Origin: Candidatus Aenigmatarchaeota archaeon | Lineage (GTDB): Archaea; Aenigmatarchaeota; Aenigmatarchaeia; QMZP01; QMZT01 | Length of the DNA: 64,000 nt | Assembly (NCBI GenBank): GCA_026397315.1 | Contig: JAPLVC010000002.1 | Location: 32,001-96,000, forward strand | Direction of reading: 5' to 3' | In this document: one piece after another, positions 18,365 to 27,745 of the stretch | How the letters are laid out: each line of letters opens with the position of its first letter | How positions within the stretch are numbered: position 1 is the first letter of the stretch | The notes under the pieces: generated by a model | The model's input: the letters and a program-made list of their open reading frames with translations, nothing else | What the model was told of the DNA's origin: nothing | The model's database searches: none | Program-made: the position numbers and the translations under genes

Positions 18365-19024
18365 ATGGTGGAACAGAGAGTCGTCGATTACATATTTTTT
18401 CAGATAAGGGCAGGCATGCCGTCCGAACGCATAATACAGTCGCTACTCGACTCCGGCTGGAGCAAGGAGCAGATAAAAGAAATATTCGACTTCATCCAGA
18501 ACCCTGAAAAAAAAGAGGAAACCGCTTTTCATGACCAGCCGTCATTCATAATGGATTCGCAGCCGCAGGAGCCGTTCCGTGAGGGGCAGGAGCCGGTCCA
18601 GCCGGAACCAGCGAAGCTGCAGACCTCCCAGTCGCCTCCCGAACAGCCGAAGAAAACGGGAAAAATCGGGTTCGCCCTCAGCATGATTGCGGCGCTTGCC
18701 GTGCTTTGCAGGATTCTTTTTGTAGTCGTTTTATACCTTTTCCCGATTTCCGGCATGCTTGATTTCATCGTCCCCTACATTTATTCGGTCAAGGTGGAGC
18801 AGGACATGATGTCCGTCATCATTTTCCTGTTCTTGACGTCCATGATGCTTTACGCCGCTGCAAGCACTAGGAGCCAGAAGAGGCACGGCCTGATGGGCAA
18901 GCTCGTCATAGTTTTTTCGGTTGCCATATTCCTGATAGAAGCTGTGACCAGCATCAATCCCATCGGAATCTCGCTGATGGCCTTAGGTGTGGCAGGCGGC
19001 CTGCTCGCGTGGAAAGGCAAATAG
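18365..19024 (+). CDS. Hypothetical membrane protein
   Basis: Short helical N-domain (I.QSLL.SGWS), Pro/Gln linker, four hydrophobic segments. Confidence 0.75.
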   Translation: MVEQRVVDYIFFQIRAGMPSERIIQSLLDSGWSKEQIKEIFDFIQNPEKKEETAFHDQPSFIMDSQPQEPFREGQEPVQPEPAKLQTSQSPPEQPKKTGKIGFALSMIAALAVLCRILFVVVLYLFPISGMLDFIVPYIYSVKVEQDMMSVIIFLFLTSMMLYAAASTRSQKRHGLMGKLVIVFSVAIFLIEAVTSINPIGISLMALGVAGGLLAWKGK

Positions 19025-19066
19025 CTTTAAAATTAAAAAATTATTTTTCGGTTTTAGTTTATCTTT

Positions 19067-20314
19067 TTACATCCACAGCAGTTGCAGCGCTATGTGCGCG
19101 GCCATCACGGCTAAAATCGAGAACGGCAGGCTTATCTTCAGGTATTCTTTCAGCTTTACCTTGTAGCCATGTTTCTCCAGCATGCCGCACGCGTAGACGT
19201 TCGCCGTCGCTCCGATAGGCGTTATGTTGCCTCCGATGCCGGTGCCTATGAGCATGCCGAAAAGGAACGGGAACGGGCTTATGCCCATCGTTGCCGCGAG
19301 CTGGTTGCAGACGGGTATCATGAGTATCGTGTAGGGAACGTTGTCGATGAACGACGAGGCTGCGACAGAGACCCATATTATGATTGCCAGCATCACAGAG
19401 GCGTTGCTAATGCCCATGCCGCCTATCAGGCCGACGAAATCCGACAGGAGCCCGACGGATACAATAGAGCCGACTACTATGAATATGCCACCTATGAACA
19501 GGAAAGAGTCCCAGTCGAATTCTTTCATCATTCCCTTCAGGTTTTTCCTGCCGACGATAAGCGATACGATTCCAGCTCCGACGCCTATCAGGCCGGGACT
19601 GATGTCAAAGTAAGGGCCAATGACCAGCGCCAGCGTGCCGAAGACAAAAACGAGCGTCGGTATGTAATCGAGTTTACCCCTCTCCACCACGTGCGTGATT
19701 TTCTTGTTCATCTTCCTGAATATGAAAAGCAGGCTGAGCATCGCCGCCGCGACGCCGAAGATAGTTATGACGCCTAGGCCGACCTTTCCCTGGAACCAGT
19801 AGAAGTCGAAGAACTTCATGCCCGTTTCCATTGCTAAGACGAGAGCCGGCGGGTCGGCAATCATGGTCACGGTCGTGACGACGTTGGAGCTTATCGCGAT
19901 CGCGACCATGTATGGAAACAGGCTAGATTTTAACTTCTTCGCCATCTCTATGGCGATGGGCGCGACCATGAGGACCGTGCCGACGTTCGCCATGAACGAC
20001 GATATCACGGCGGTCAGGATGCACAATGAAATCAGCGCGTATTTTTCCTTCCTTACCCGGTTTATCAGGCCGCCTGCTATGTGCGCCGGCATCCCGCTCT
20101 GCATGAAAATTATGGAGATCATCATGAAACCCCAGTAGATGCCCATGACGTTCCATTCTATCATGTCAAAAAAAGCGGCCTGGGGCGTTACTATGCCGAG
20201 CAGAATCAACGCGCCGGCCGCGGCCAGAGCCGTGTAGGCGATTTTTACCTTTCTCGTCATCGCCAGAGAATAGCACGCGATGAAAATGACAAGCGTGAGC
20301 AGTTTCTCTATCAT
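19067..20314 (-). CDS. ArsB/NhaD/SLC13 (ion transporter superfamily) permease
   Basis: Many TM segments; SSFMANV, T.IADPP, SSFIDNVP, GGNITPIGATAN motifs. Confidence 0.88.
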   Translation of the reverse strand: MIEKLLTLVIFIACYSLAMTRKVKIAYTALAAAGALILLGIVTPQAAFFDMIEWNVMGIYWGFMMISIIFMQSGMPAHIAGGLINRVRKEKYALISLCILTAVISSFMANVGTVLMVAPIAIEMAKKLKSSLFPYMVAIAISSNVVTTVTMIADPPALVLAMETGMKFFDFYWFQGKVGLGVITIFGVAAAMLSLLFIFRKMNKKITHVVERGKLDYIPTLVFVFGTLALVIGPYFDISPGLIGVGAGIVSLIVGRKNLKGMMKEFDWDSFLFIGGIFIVVGSIVSVGLLSDFVGLIGGMGISNASVMLAIIIWVSVAASSFIDNVPYTILMIPVCNQLAATMGISPFPFLFGMLIGTGIGGNITPIGATANVYACGMLEKHGYKVKLKEYLKISLPFSILAVMAAHIALQLLWM

Positions 20315-20377
20315 AAGTATATTTTATGCGGCAACCCAATAAAAGCTATTGCGGCCAAGGATTTATCGTGAGCTTTT

Positions 20378-21370
20378 ATGGAAACGGCAGTCGAGATTAA
20401 CGGTATAAAGAAATTTTACAACGGCAAGGTAAAGGCGCTGGACGGCATAGACCTTAGAGTCGGCGCCGGAAAGGTCTTCGCAGTCCTGGGGCCGAACGGG
20501 GCTGGTAAAACAACGCTCATGCGAATACTCACGACGCAGATAAAGCCAACCTCCGGGGATGCCAGCATTTTCGGCCTCGACGTCATGAAAGACGACTCAG
20601 AAACGAGAAAGCTTATCAGCTATGTGCCGCAGGAGATGAGCGTCTGGACGGACATAAGCGGCTACGAGAACCTGCTCATTTACGCGAAGATTTACGGCAT
20701 ACCGGCAGGCGAAAGGAAAAAGCTGATAAACGGCATGCTTCGTACCATGGGCATCGAGAGTTTCGCCGGCTCGCTTGTCAGGAACTATTCGGGCGGCATG
20801 ATAAGGAGGCTTGAGATAGCCTGCGCCCTGATCATAAAGCCGAAAATACTTTTCCTCGACGAGCCGACCATAGGGCTCGACCCGTCGGCAAGAAAGACGG
20901 TCTGGGAAAAGCTCATGTCCTTCAAAGACGAGAATGGCGTTACCATTTTTTTCAACACGCATTACATGGACGAGGCCGACATATATTCCGACCAGATAGC
21001 CATAATGAACGCGGGAAAAATAGTCAAACTGGGAACCGCCCAGGAACTGAAGCACTCGCTCGGAGGGGAGATTATTTCCTTCGGCATTGAAGGGAAAATT
21101 TCAGCGGGCGCCGTGAAAAAAATCAGGGGAATCAAAATAGTCACCGGTGCTACTGCGGATGAGAACGGCCTAAGGGTTTTCGCATCCGACGCAGGCGTTG
21201 CGCTCCCAAGGATAACGGACATATTGGAAAAAGGCGGCGTTTACATAAAGGAAGTCTCGATAAAAAAGCCCACGCTCGATGACGTTTTCCTGAAATACGC
21301 CGGCACAAAAATCGAAACTGCTGAAAGGGTCACGGACATCCGTTATACGAGGGACCGGATAAAAAGATGA
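20378..21370 (+). CDS. ABC exporter ATP-binding protein (DrrA-like)
   Basis: GPNGAGKTT, YSGGM, LDEPT, THYMDEA, PTLDDVF motifs. Confidence 0.94.
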   Translation: METAVEINGIKKFYNGKVKALDGIDLRVGAGKVFAVLGPNGAGKTTLMRILTTQIKPTSGDASIFGLDVMKDDSETRKLISYVPQEMSVWTDISGYENLLIYAKIYGIPAGERKKLINGMLRTMGIESFAGSLVRNYSGGMIRRLEIACALIIKPKILFLDEPTIGLDPSARKTVWEKLMSFKDENGVTIFFNTHYMDEADIYSDQIAIMNAGKIVKLGTAQELKHSLGGEIISFGIEGKISAGAVKKIRGIKIVTGATADENGLRVFASDAGVALPRITDILEKGGVYIKEVSIKKPTLDDVFLKYAGTKIETAERVTDIRYTRDRIKR

Positions 21371-22140
21371 TAGCCATGATGGACTCGCTTAGAAACATAC
21401 TTGTCATGATTGAACTGGAGGCCAGGAGAATCAGGCACGACAGGACGGAGCTTTATGTCAGGGCGGTCCAGCCGGTGCTCTGGCTTGTCATTTACGGGTC
21501 CGTCATGAGCTCGGTGAAACTGATTCCGACGGGCGGCATGTCTTACATCGCTTACATAACGCCCGGCGTGCTGCTGCAATCGACGGCGTTCGTCTCCATA
21601 TTCTTCGGGCTCACGATAGTCTGGGAGAAGGAATCCGGCATACTGAAGAAGCTGCTGGTAACCCCGGCGTCCAGATATTCGATTGTCATAGGCAGGTCAA
21701 TGGCCGCTGGCGTGAGATCGATACTTCAGGCCGTCATAATCATACCAATAGCCATGCTCATCGGGGTCGCGTTCATTCCTAATCCCGCATATTTCATCCT
21801 TGCATTCGCCCTTATTTTCCTCATATCCGCCGGCTTCGCAGCCATATCGATTTTCATAGCATCTTTTCTCAAGACGAGGGAAAGGTTCATGGGCATAGGC
21901 CAGGCCATAACATTCCCTCTGTTCTTCGCGAGCAACGCCCTCTACCCCATCGAGCTGATGCCACCGCTGCTTAAAGAATTCGCTCTTGTCAATCCGATGA
22001 GCTACGCCGTCGACGCTATAAGAGGCCTGCTCATAAGCGGTAACATATCGAACCTGGCTTTTGACATTTCGGCCATAACAATTTTCGTAGTTGTCATGCT
22101 CGCCATAGCATCGGTGAGCTTCAAGCGCATAATAGAATAA
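21367..22140 (+). CDS. ABC-2 type permease (DrrB-like)
   Basis: Six TM segments, PLFFASNALYP, NPMSYAVD; ATGA overlap with the ATPase gene. Confidence 0.92.
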   Translation: MIAMMDSLRNILVMIELEARRIRHDRTELYVRAVQPVLWLVIYGSVMSSVKLIPTGGMSYIAYITPGVLLQSTAFVSIFFGLTIVWEKESGILKKLLVTPASRYSIVIGRSMAAGVRSILQAVIIIPIAMLIGVAFIPNPAYFILAFALIFLISAGFAAISIFIASFLKTRERFMGIGQAITFPLFFASNALYPIELMPPLLKEFALVNPMSYAVDAIRGLLISGNISNLAFDISAITIFVVVMLAIASVSFKRIIE

Positions 22141-22276
22141 ATGATGCGCCGGCCGCGTCCCCGGTAAAAACCGCTATAAATTAGTTTAAAAATCCATGAT
22201 TTCTACATGGCCGTCTAAAATATATTTAGAGCTAAACGGTTCTCATTTCATCAATATTTGCACTCTTTACAATCTC

Positions 22277-22549
22277 TTATCTGAGCTCTTTTCTGAAGCT
22301 CCCGAATTCCTTCGAGATTCTTTTTTCTTCTCTGTTCAATTCGCTCAGAACCCTGTCGCGGATATCCGAAGCCCTTATCTCGTCCCTGCTCTTGAAATGT
22401 TCCTCGACGTTCCTCGCTATCCTGTCAGCAATGTCCCTCGACCTGCTGCTGTCGAGCTTGACTCTTTTCGCGGCATTTTCTACGCTTCTCCTGATCTTGT
22501 CGCGGCTGAAGTCCTCTTTTCTATTGTCTCTTTTTATCACGACTGTCAT
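22277..22549 (-). CDS. Stand-alone ATP-cone domain protein
   Basis: VIKRD.R.EDF..DKI..S and EI..SDIRD.V motifs; start reassigned to ATG 22549. Confidence 0.85.
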   Translation of the reverse strand: MTVVIKRDNRKEDFSRDKIRRSVENAAKRVKLDSSRSRDIADRIARNVEEHFKSRDEIRASDIRDRVLSELNREEKRISKEFGSFRKELR

Positions 22550-22627
22550 AACCCAACACCCCATAGGAAATTTGTGATTTGAGATTATAAAGTTAAGTTT
22601 AAACACGACTGTAGAAATTATATGTAA

Positions 22628-22688
22628 GCGGGAGTTGACCAGGTCGGGGATTGCGGCAGGATCAGGCGTTCCTGTGCCACCAACCCCA
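22628..22688 (+). ncRNA. Candidate small structured RNA
   Basis: GC-rich stretch starting 25 nt after TTTAAA, forming a GGGG...CCCC hairpin, followed by a T-rich tract. Confidence 0.3.
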
Positions 22689-23543
22689 TTCAATTTTCTC
22701 TTTTTCCGCAAAATCTATCAGTTTTTTAACGCCATCAGCGACATCTTTGTAATTCTTCAGAGGAACGTATAAACAGACGCTTTTGCGGTGCTCCCATGAT
22801 TTGATGCCGTATTTATGGGATTTTTCCTTGATATCCTTCCAGTTGTCCGTTACTTCCCCTACCATACTCACGTTGGGCTCGACCGCCCTTACGACGTTAA
22901 CGTATATATTGACCTTCGGCTTCTCGAAAAAGGCTACAAGGTCATGGTATTCCTTGCTGCTGAACTTCTGGGAGGCAAGGACCACACCATCGAAGTTTTC
23001 TTCCAGAATTCTGGCAGCCTCCCCAAGTTTCGCATGCCCAGCCTTCAAGTTTGTTATTTTCGAGAATTTGGTATTGAACCTTTCGCCATCCACATGCGAA
23101 ATCATTTCCTTCTCCGGCTTCGGATGCGCATCGAAGCTGGAAAAATCCCGGCCGTAGTTATTGACCAGGGACTCTATTATCGAGGAAATGGGTATCTTGT
23201 AATCGTGGCTCATTCGTATCAGTTCGTCCTTGGTGTTGGAAGGAAGTCGAATCGTAAGTATGTCCGTTTTGTCCACCGCCTTCGAATACTTCATGTAAGC
23301 GTTCCTGACCTTGTCAATCGCGTCCTTCAGGCTTTCGAAGGTAAATTTCCTATCCGGTATCTTCACTGAGAAGCAGCTCACGGAGTCGACGCCGAACTCC
23401 TTCCCTATGTGATTTATCATGGCACGCTTGTGAAAATTGGTCCTGCCGAACTCGGAACTCTTTACGATTATGTCCTTTCCTTCCGTCATTATATTAATCT
23501 CGTGGAAGGAATCCACTCCGGGCAAATCCATCTTGATGTCCAT
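22662..23543 (-). CDS. Hypothetical protein with central ribbon-helix-helix-like segment
   Basis: 293 aa; ILTIRLPSNTKDELIRMS..YKIPISSIIESLV resembles CopG/RHH. Confidence 0.65.
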   Translation of the reverse strand: MDIKMDLPGVDSFHEINIMTEGKDIIVKSSEFGRTNFHKRAMINHIGKEFGVDSVSCFSVKIPDRKFTFESLKDAIDKVRNAYMKYSKAVDKTDILTIRLPSNTKDELIRMSHDYKIPISSIIESLVNNYGRDFSSFDAHPKPEKEMISHVDGERFNTKFSKITNLKAGHAKLGEAARILEENFDGVVLASQKFSSKEYHDLVAFFEKPKVNIYVNVVRAVEPNVSMVGEVTDNWKDIKEKSHKYGIKSWEHRKSVCLYVPLKNYKDVADGVKKLIDFAEKEKIEWGWWHRNA

Positions 23544-23651
23544 ACCGAATCACCATTTCTTTACCGTTAAAACTTGCAGGATTTTTATCTTATTTTTCCT
23601 GAAGATACTTTGCAGAAACAGACTAGTAAAGTAAATCTTTTCCAAGATTAA

Positions 23652-23774
23652 TGCGCCGACCGGGATTTGAACCCGGGTTAGAGGCTTTTTCCATCAGTGG
23701 TTGCCGGATGCATCGAAACCCGCTGGGGTTTTGATTTGGGAAGCCCCTGTCCTACCAGGCTAGACTATCGGCGC
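23652..23774 (-). tRNA. tRNA-Gly(CCC) with canonical 37/38 intron (23687-23736, 50 nt)
   Basis: GCGCCGA/TCGGCGC acceptor, CCGGG-TTCAAAT-CCCGG T arm; strict BHB TTCC-CAA-ATCA...TGAT-GGAA-AAA. Confidence 0.95.
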
Positions 23775-23932
23775 AAACAGCGAATGACGCAGACAAGCCT
23801 GCGTCGAACTGTCGGGTGTTCTATAATATATTAGAATATAATAAAAGACTTTCAGTGCATGGAGCTGAAGCCGTGGCTATAGGGAGAAATAAAAAGAAAA
23901 AGCACTGTTTTTGTCCCAACCCTATTAAGCCT

Positions 23933-24307
23933 TTATTTTTTTCTTTTCAGTTCAGGGCTTATCAGGAGAAGGACTGCTCCTATGAGCTCCGGTGCGCCGA
24001 TGGGCGGAAGGAATGCTGATATGAGTGCGTATATGGCCACTCCCTGGTAATCCTTTGCCTTGAATTTGCCAAGGCCTTTCCAAAGGACTATCATGCCCGC
24101 TATTGCTAGCAGGCCGAAAGCGGTCAAAGCTCCTGCCAGGACCCATGTGAAAGGTGCTATTCCGAGAGTCATGCTGACATTCGTCACCGGCACAAGGCCG
24201 CCGAATATCACTATTATGCCGACTAATTTCAGCAGCAGACCCACGAGAATAAGGACCTTCGCTATCGTCGCTTCGGTACTCAACCCTTTGAAGTTGATGT
24301 CTATCAT
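23933..24307 (-). CDS. Hypothetical membrane protein
   Basis: 124 aa, 3-4 hydrophobic segments. Confidence 0.7.
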   Translation of the reverse strand: MIDINFKGLSTEATIAKVLILVGLLLKLVGIIVIFGGLVPVTNVSMTLGIAPFTWVLAGALTAFGLLAIAGMIVLWKGLGKFKAKDYQGVAIYALISAFLPPIGAPELIGAVLLLISPELKRKK

Positions 24308-24391
24308 ATTATATAATTCCCCCGATTCCCCTAATAAATCAAAAACAGTCGCTTGCTGACGTTTATTAGCGGTTTTGGCAAAATAATCATT

Positions 24392-25435
24392 ATGAAAAAA
24401 ATAAGTTTCGTTTTCGGCATATCCCTTGTTTTTGTTGTTTTTTTGTCAGGTTGCATCAACGTCAGCCCAGAAGCGCTAGCGATGGCGAACCCTCTGGTGA
24501 AACAGTTCATGGAACAATATCCAAATGCGAAAATAACCGTGAACCATTTCACCAAGGACCAGAGCGCCCAGATACTTGAGAACATAAGCGCTGAATGCGG
24601 CAACCCATACATAACCGCGAAAGAGTTTTACAGGATAAGCATCGACGACCCGGACAGCGGGCTAAAAGCGTTAGCTTGGATTGACTGGGAAACCAGGGGA
24701 ATAGAATGTGCCGTGAAATATGGCGGCGGCCTGAACAAGACGATATCCAAGCCCGGCGAAGAAAACCAGGACTGCAAGTCTCACGCTGAGATGAAATGCT
24801 ACGGCGAGCATGTATATTGGTTCGATTCGTGTGGCCACAAGGAAGAGAAGAAAGAATACTGCACATCCGGTTGCGAGAACGGCTTCTGCAAAACCAAGGA
24901 AGGCTGCACTGAGCATGCTGAGGCGAAATGTGCCGACGGGCACGTGTACTGGTATGACAGCTGCAACGGCAAGGAAGACAAAAAAGAGTACTGCCAGAAC
25001 GGCTGCGAGAACGGCGCATGCAAAGGCGGCACGGAAAAGACCTGCTTAAACGAAGGGGAAAGCAAACCCGTCATCGCGAACCCGCTGCCATGCTGCGAAG
25101 GCCTGACACTAATCCCTCCGAAGGCGGAAAACCTGGTAGGCATATACGGATACTGCACCGCGAAATGCGGCAACGGCATTTGCAATGAAATCGAGACCGC
25201 ATACAACTGCCCGTCAGACTGCGGCAATATCAATTGCACAGACTCCGACGGCGGCAGGAACTATTCCGTGAAAGGGACGGCGACAGTTGCCGGCCAGTCG
25301 CTCACGGACCATTGCAACGAAGACGGTTCGCTTACCGAGAAATACTGCGAGAACAACGAGATAAAAGCCGAGTCAGTCTCCTGCCCGACAGGCTTCAAGT
25401 GCGACGACGCGAAGTGCGTGGAAGAAACAGTATAA
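24392..25435 (+). CDS. Cys-rich secreted or lipid-anchored surface protein
   Basis: MKK + hydrophobic stretch + LSGC lipobox; two 44-aa Cys repeats; CGNGIC..ET..NCP.DC and CTDSDGG modules. Confidence 0.8.
   Translation: MKKISFVFGISLVFVVFLSGCINVSPEALAMANPLVKQFMEQYPNAKITVNHFTKDQSAQILENISAECGNPYITAKEFYRISIDDPDSGLKALAWIDWETRGIECAVKYGGGLNKTISKPGEENQDCKSHAEMKCYGEHVYWFDSCGHKEEKKEYCTSGCENGFCKTKEGCTEHAEAKCADGHVYWYDSCNGKEDKKEYCQNGCENGACKGGTEKTCLNEGESKPVIANPLPCCEGLTLIPPKAENLVGIYGYCTAKCGNGICNEIETAYNCPSDCGNINCTDSDGGRNYSVKGTATVAGQSLTDHCNEDGSLTEKYCENNEIKAESVSCPTGFKCDDAKCVEETV
24773..25030 (+). repeat. Intragenic tandem repeat, 2 copies with 132-nt period
   Basis: C..HAE.KC...HVYW.DSC..KE.KKEYC..GCENG.CK starting at 24773 and 24905. 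Confidence 0.85.
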
Positions 25436-25445
25436 AAAAGAGAAA

Positions 25446-25529
25446 CGCTGAGAGCAAGACTCGAACTTGCGCGGGCTATTCACCCACAGGGTTAGCAACC
25501 CTGCGCCTTGACCGCTCGGCCATCTCAGC
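25446..25529 (-). tRNA. tRNA-Ser(GCT), intronless
   Basis: GCTGAGA/TCTCAGC acceptor, CAGGG-TTGCTAA-CCCTG anticodon arm, long variable arm, G discriminator; 84 nt. Confidence 0.95.
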
Positions 25530-26169
25530 AGATTAATATTTCGTCCGCACTTATTTCAGCGAACTTTTTTTGTTTTGCATTATTATGTGGGTTTATCTCT
25601 TTAAAAAATCTTTCCATGTTCTTTCTGCCGGCCATGCGTATTTTCAGGTTGCTTTTTTCGAGCCAGAAATGAAAATCAAGGTCGCGCAGGATCTCCTTGA
25701 GCTGCATAAGGTGCGCGAGCGACGGGCTGGAGATTTCTAATATGGGATTCCTGTATTCCCCGGACGTGCGGCGTAGGTAGAGCGAGCCGCTCGAGTCGAA
25801 CATACCCCTCACATACGCCTTCCAGTATTCGTGGTTGTTGAAAATCAGCTTCGGCATGCGGAGCGCGTGCGCCTTCCTGCCTATAGGGAACTGGAGATAC
25901 GTATGGAAAGTCTTCACCGCCCGCCCGCCGCACGCGCGGATGCAGATCACGTATCCGTCCTGATATTTCCTTTTGACGAGCTTTAGCTCCCTGCCGAAAA
26001 TCTTTTCAAAGAGCGGTTTTACGTGGCTTCGATAATATTGCATTTCATCCTTCGTGCTCCTGATTTCCAGGATGTAGCTTCTAGCGGTTGCATAGATGCT
26101 GCCGTCGCCCGCGAATATGCCGCACGCCTCGCCCAGCGTGTCCTTGTTGAGCGAAAGTAATTCAAACAT
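25525..26169 (-). CDS. Stand-alone double-motif LAGLIDADG (DOD) endonuclease-like protein
   Basis: EACGIFAGDGS and YVRGMFDSSGS motifs with FP.GRK...RMP linker; ATG 26169 lies about 25 nt after TTTAAA. Confidence 0.8.
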   Translation of the reverse strand: MFELLSLNKDTLGEACGIFAGDGSIYATARSYILEIRSTKDEMQYYRSHVKPLFEKIFGRELKLVKRKYQDGYVICIRACGGRAVKTFHTYLQFPIGRKAHALRMPKLIFNNHEYWKAYVRGMFDSSGSLYLRRTSGEYRNPILEISSPSLAHLMQLKEILRDLDFHFWLEKSNLKIRMAGRKNMERFFKEINPHNNAKQKKFAEISADEILIC

Positions 26170-26289
26170 AATTGTTATTTGCGGGTCATGGTTTAAATAT
26201 CCGCGCCTTAAAGTCACAAACTTTATAAAGCCACCGGATGAATTAAATAACAGATAAATTTTTCAGAAAATCGATTGAGAGGTGGGTAT

Positions 26290-26592
26290 ATGGCAATAAA
26301 AGTTTCGAGCATTTCCGAGACGTACGGCAAGGACGTTTTCACGAACAGGGGTATGTTCTGCGGAAAAGTCGAGGATATCGAGTGCGACCTCAAGCGCTTC
26401 AAGGTTCGCTCACTGGTCGTGCGTGCTGCAAAGGAGTCTTACATATCCAAGATGCTCGGCAGCAAGAAGGGCGTTATCATCCCGTTCCCAATGGTAGAAT
26501 CCATAGGCGACGTGATACTGATAAAGCACATCTCGCTTCCGGTCGCGGATGAAGAGCCCGCAAAAGAGGGCGCTGCGTCAGAATCTGAATAA
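26290..26592 (+). CDS. PRC-barrel protein (archaeal CdpB-like cell division family)
   Basis: YGKDVFT..G...GKVEDI..D and IIPF.MV.SIGDVILI motifs; GAGGTG SD. Confidence 0.85.
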   Translation: MAIKVSSISETYGKDVFTNRGMFCGKVEDIECDLKRFKVRSLVVRAAKESYISKMLGSKKGVIIPFPMVESIGDVILIKHISLPVADEEPAKEGAASESE

Positions 26593-26621
26593 ATCCCGAT
26601 AAAAAAGAAAAATTTCGCAGT

Positions 26622-27647
26622 TTAGAATATAGGGATATCCTTGGACAGGACTTCTGTCCTCTTCTTCTTTATTAAAATCACGTCTTCAAGCCTTACGCCT
26701 CCGATACCTTTTATGTAAACGCCCGGCTCTATGGTCATTACAGTGTTTTCCGCGAGCGTCTCGCCCTGCGGCTCGTGGACGGAAAGTCCCAGCCCGTGGC
26801 CGAGGCCGTGCAATACCGTGTAGCTTTTTTTCGCGTAAAGTTTTTTCTGGAGATCTTCCAGCTCGCTGTAAGTCACGCCCGCGCGTGCGGCGTATATGAG
26901 TTCGTCGTGTATCTGCTTGACGTCTTCGTATATCTTCTTCTGGACTGGGCCGAGTCTCGTGAAAAACATGCGCGTTATGTCTGAGCAATAGCAGTCGACG
27001 ATACATCCCGTGTCTATGAGGACCGGGGCTTTCGCTTTCGCGAGCGTCTCGCCTGGCTTGTGGTGGACGAACGCAGCCTGTTTGCCTGCGCAGACGATGG
27101 ACTCAAACGACTCGCTAGCACCGCGCTTCCTGTATTCTATCTCTATCGCGTCCGCGATCTGCTTTTCGCTGTTGCCCCATAGAAAGCCGCCGACGTTTTG
27201 TAAGACGTCTCCCGTCAGCCTTATCGCCTCTTTAATCTGCGCTATTTCAAACTCGTCCTTCTGGATGCGCGGGATTTCCATTATCTTGCCGGCGGGCTCC
27301 AGCCTGGCCTTCAGTTTTTTCTTCATGGCCCTGAAAAGCAGGAGGCTTAGCGTCCGCTCGTCGTAGCCCATGCGCTTGAATCCGCCGAGCTGGCGGATGA
27401 AGTCGTCCTTGTCCCGGATGTATGTTATGTCAGGATATTTTGAGGCGGCATCGTTCTCAAGCGGCGAAACGAAAAGCTTCGGCCTGCCGCTGTCCTGGAA
27501 AAGCATGAAGATCCTGTCGTCCTTCAGGCCGGCATACCCAGTGTAATAGAACACGTCGTGCGGGTCGGAGGTTATTACCGCGTTCAGGCCGCTTTTCTGG
27601 ACTAACGCTTTCAGTCGCCTTTGCCTCGCCGCGAAGTCTGGCTTCAT
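26622..27647 (-). CDS. Xaa-Pro aminopeptidase/prolidase (M24)
   Basis: YYTGY, IDTG, YCSDITR, HGLGHGLGLSVHE, TIEPGVY, GVRLED motifs. Confidence 0.93.
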   Translation of the reverse strand: MKPDFAARQRRLKALVQKSGLNAVITSDPHDVFYYTGYAGLKDDRIFMLFQDSGRPKLFVSPLENDAASKYPDITYIRDKDDFIRQLGGFKRMGYDERTLSLLLFRAMKKKLKARLEPAGKIMEIPRIQKDEFEIAQIKEAIRLTGDVLQNVGGFLWGNSEKQIADAIEIEYRKRGASESFESIVCAGKQAAFVHHKPGETLAKAKAPVLIDTGCIVDCYCSDITRMFFTRLGPVQKKIYEDVKQIHDELIYAARAGVTYSELEDLQKKLYAKKSYTVLHGLGHGLGLSVHEPQGETLAENTVMTIEPGVYIKGIGGVRLEDVILIKKKRTEVLSKDIPIF

Positions 27648-27745
27648 ATAATATTCTTGGTCCAAGCCCACTAAAAAAGCATAGCGGATGCATAAAGCTT
27701 AAATTACATTAATTGAAGATATTATAATCCTTAACGTGGTGCCTC

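Noticed and set aside
22628-22688. SRP RNA helix 8 (CAGG...GCAG)
   Set aside because: No paired GNRA stem between the motifs, and too short for archaeal SRP RNA
25525-26217. LAGLIDADG as part of an intein or of an intron within a tRNA
   Set aside because: No splicing motifs, tRNA-Ser is complete and uninterrupted, and no upstream exon is visible
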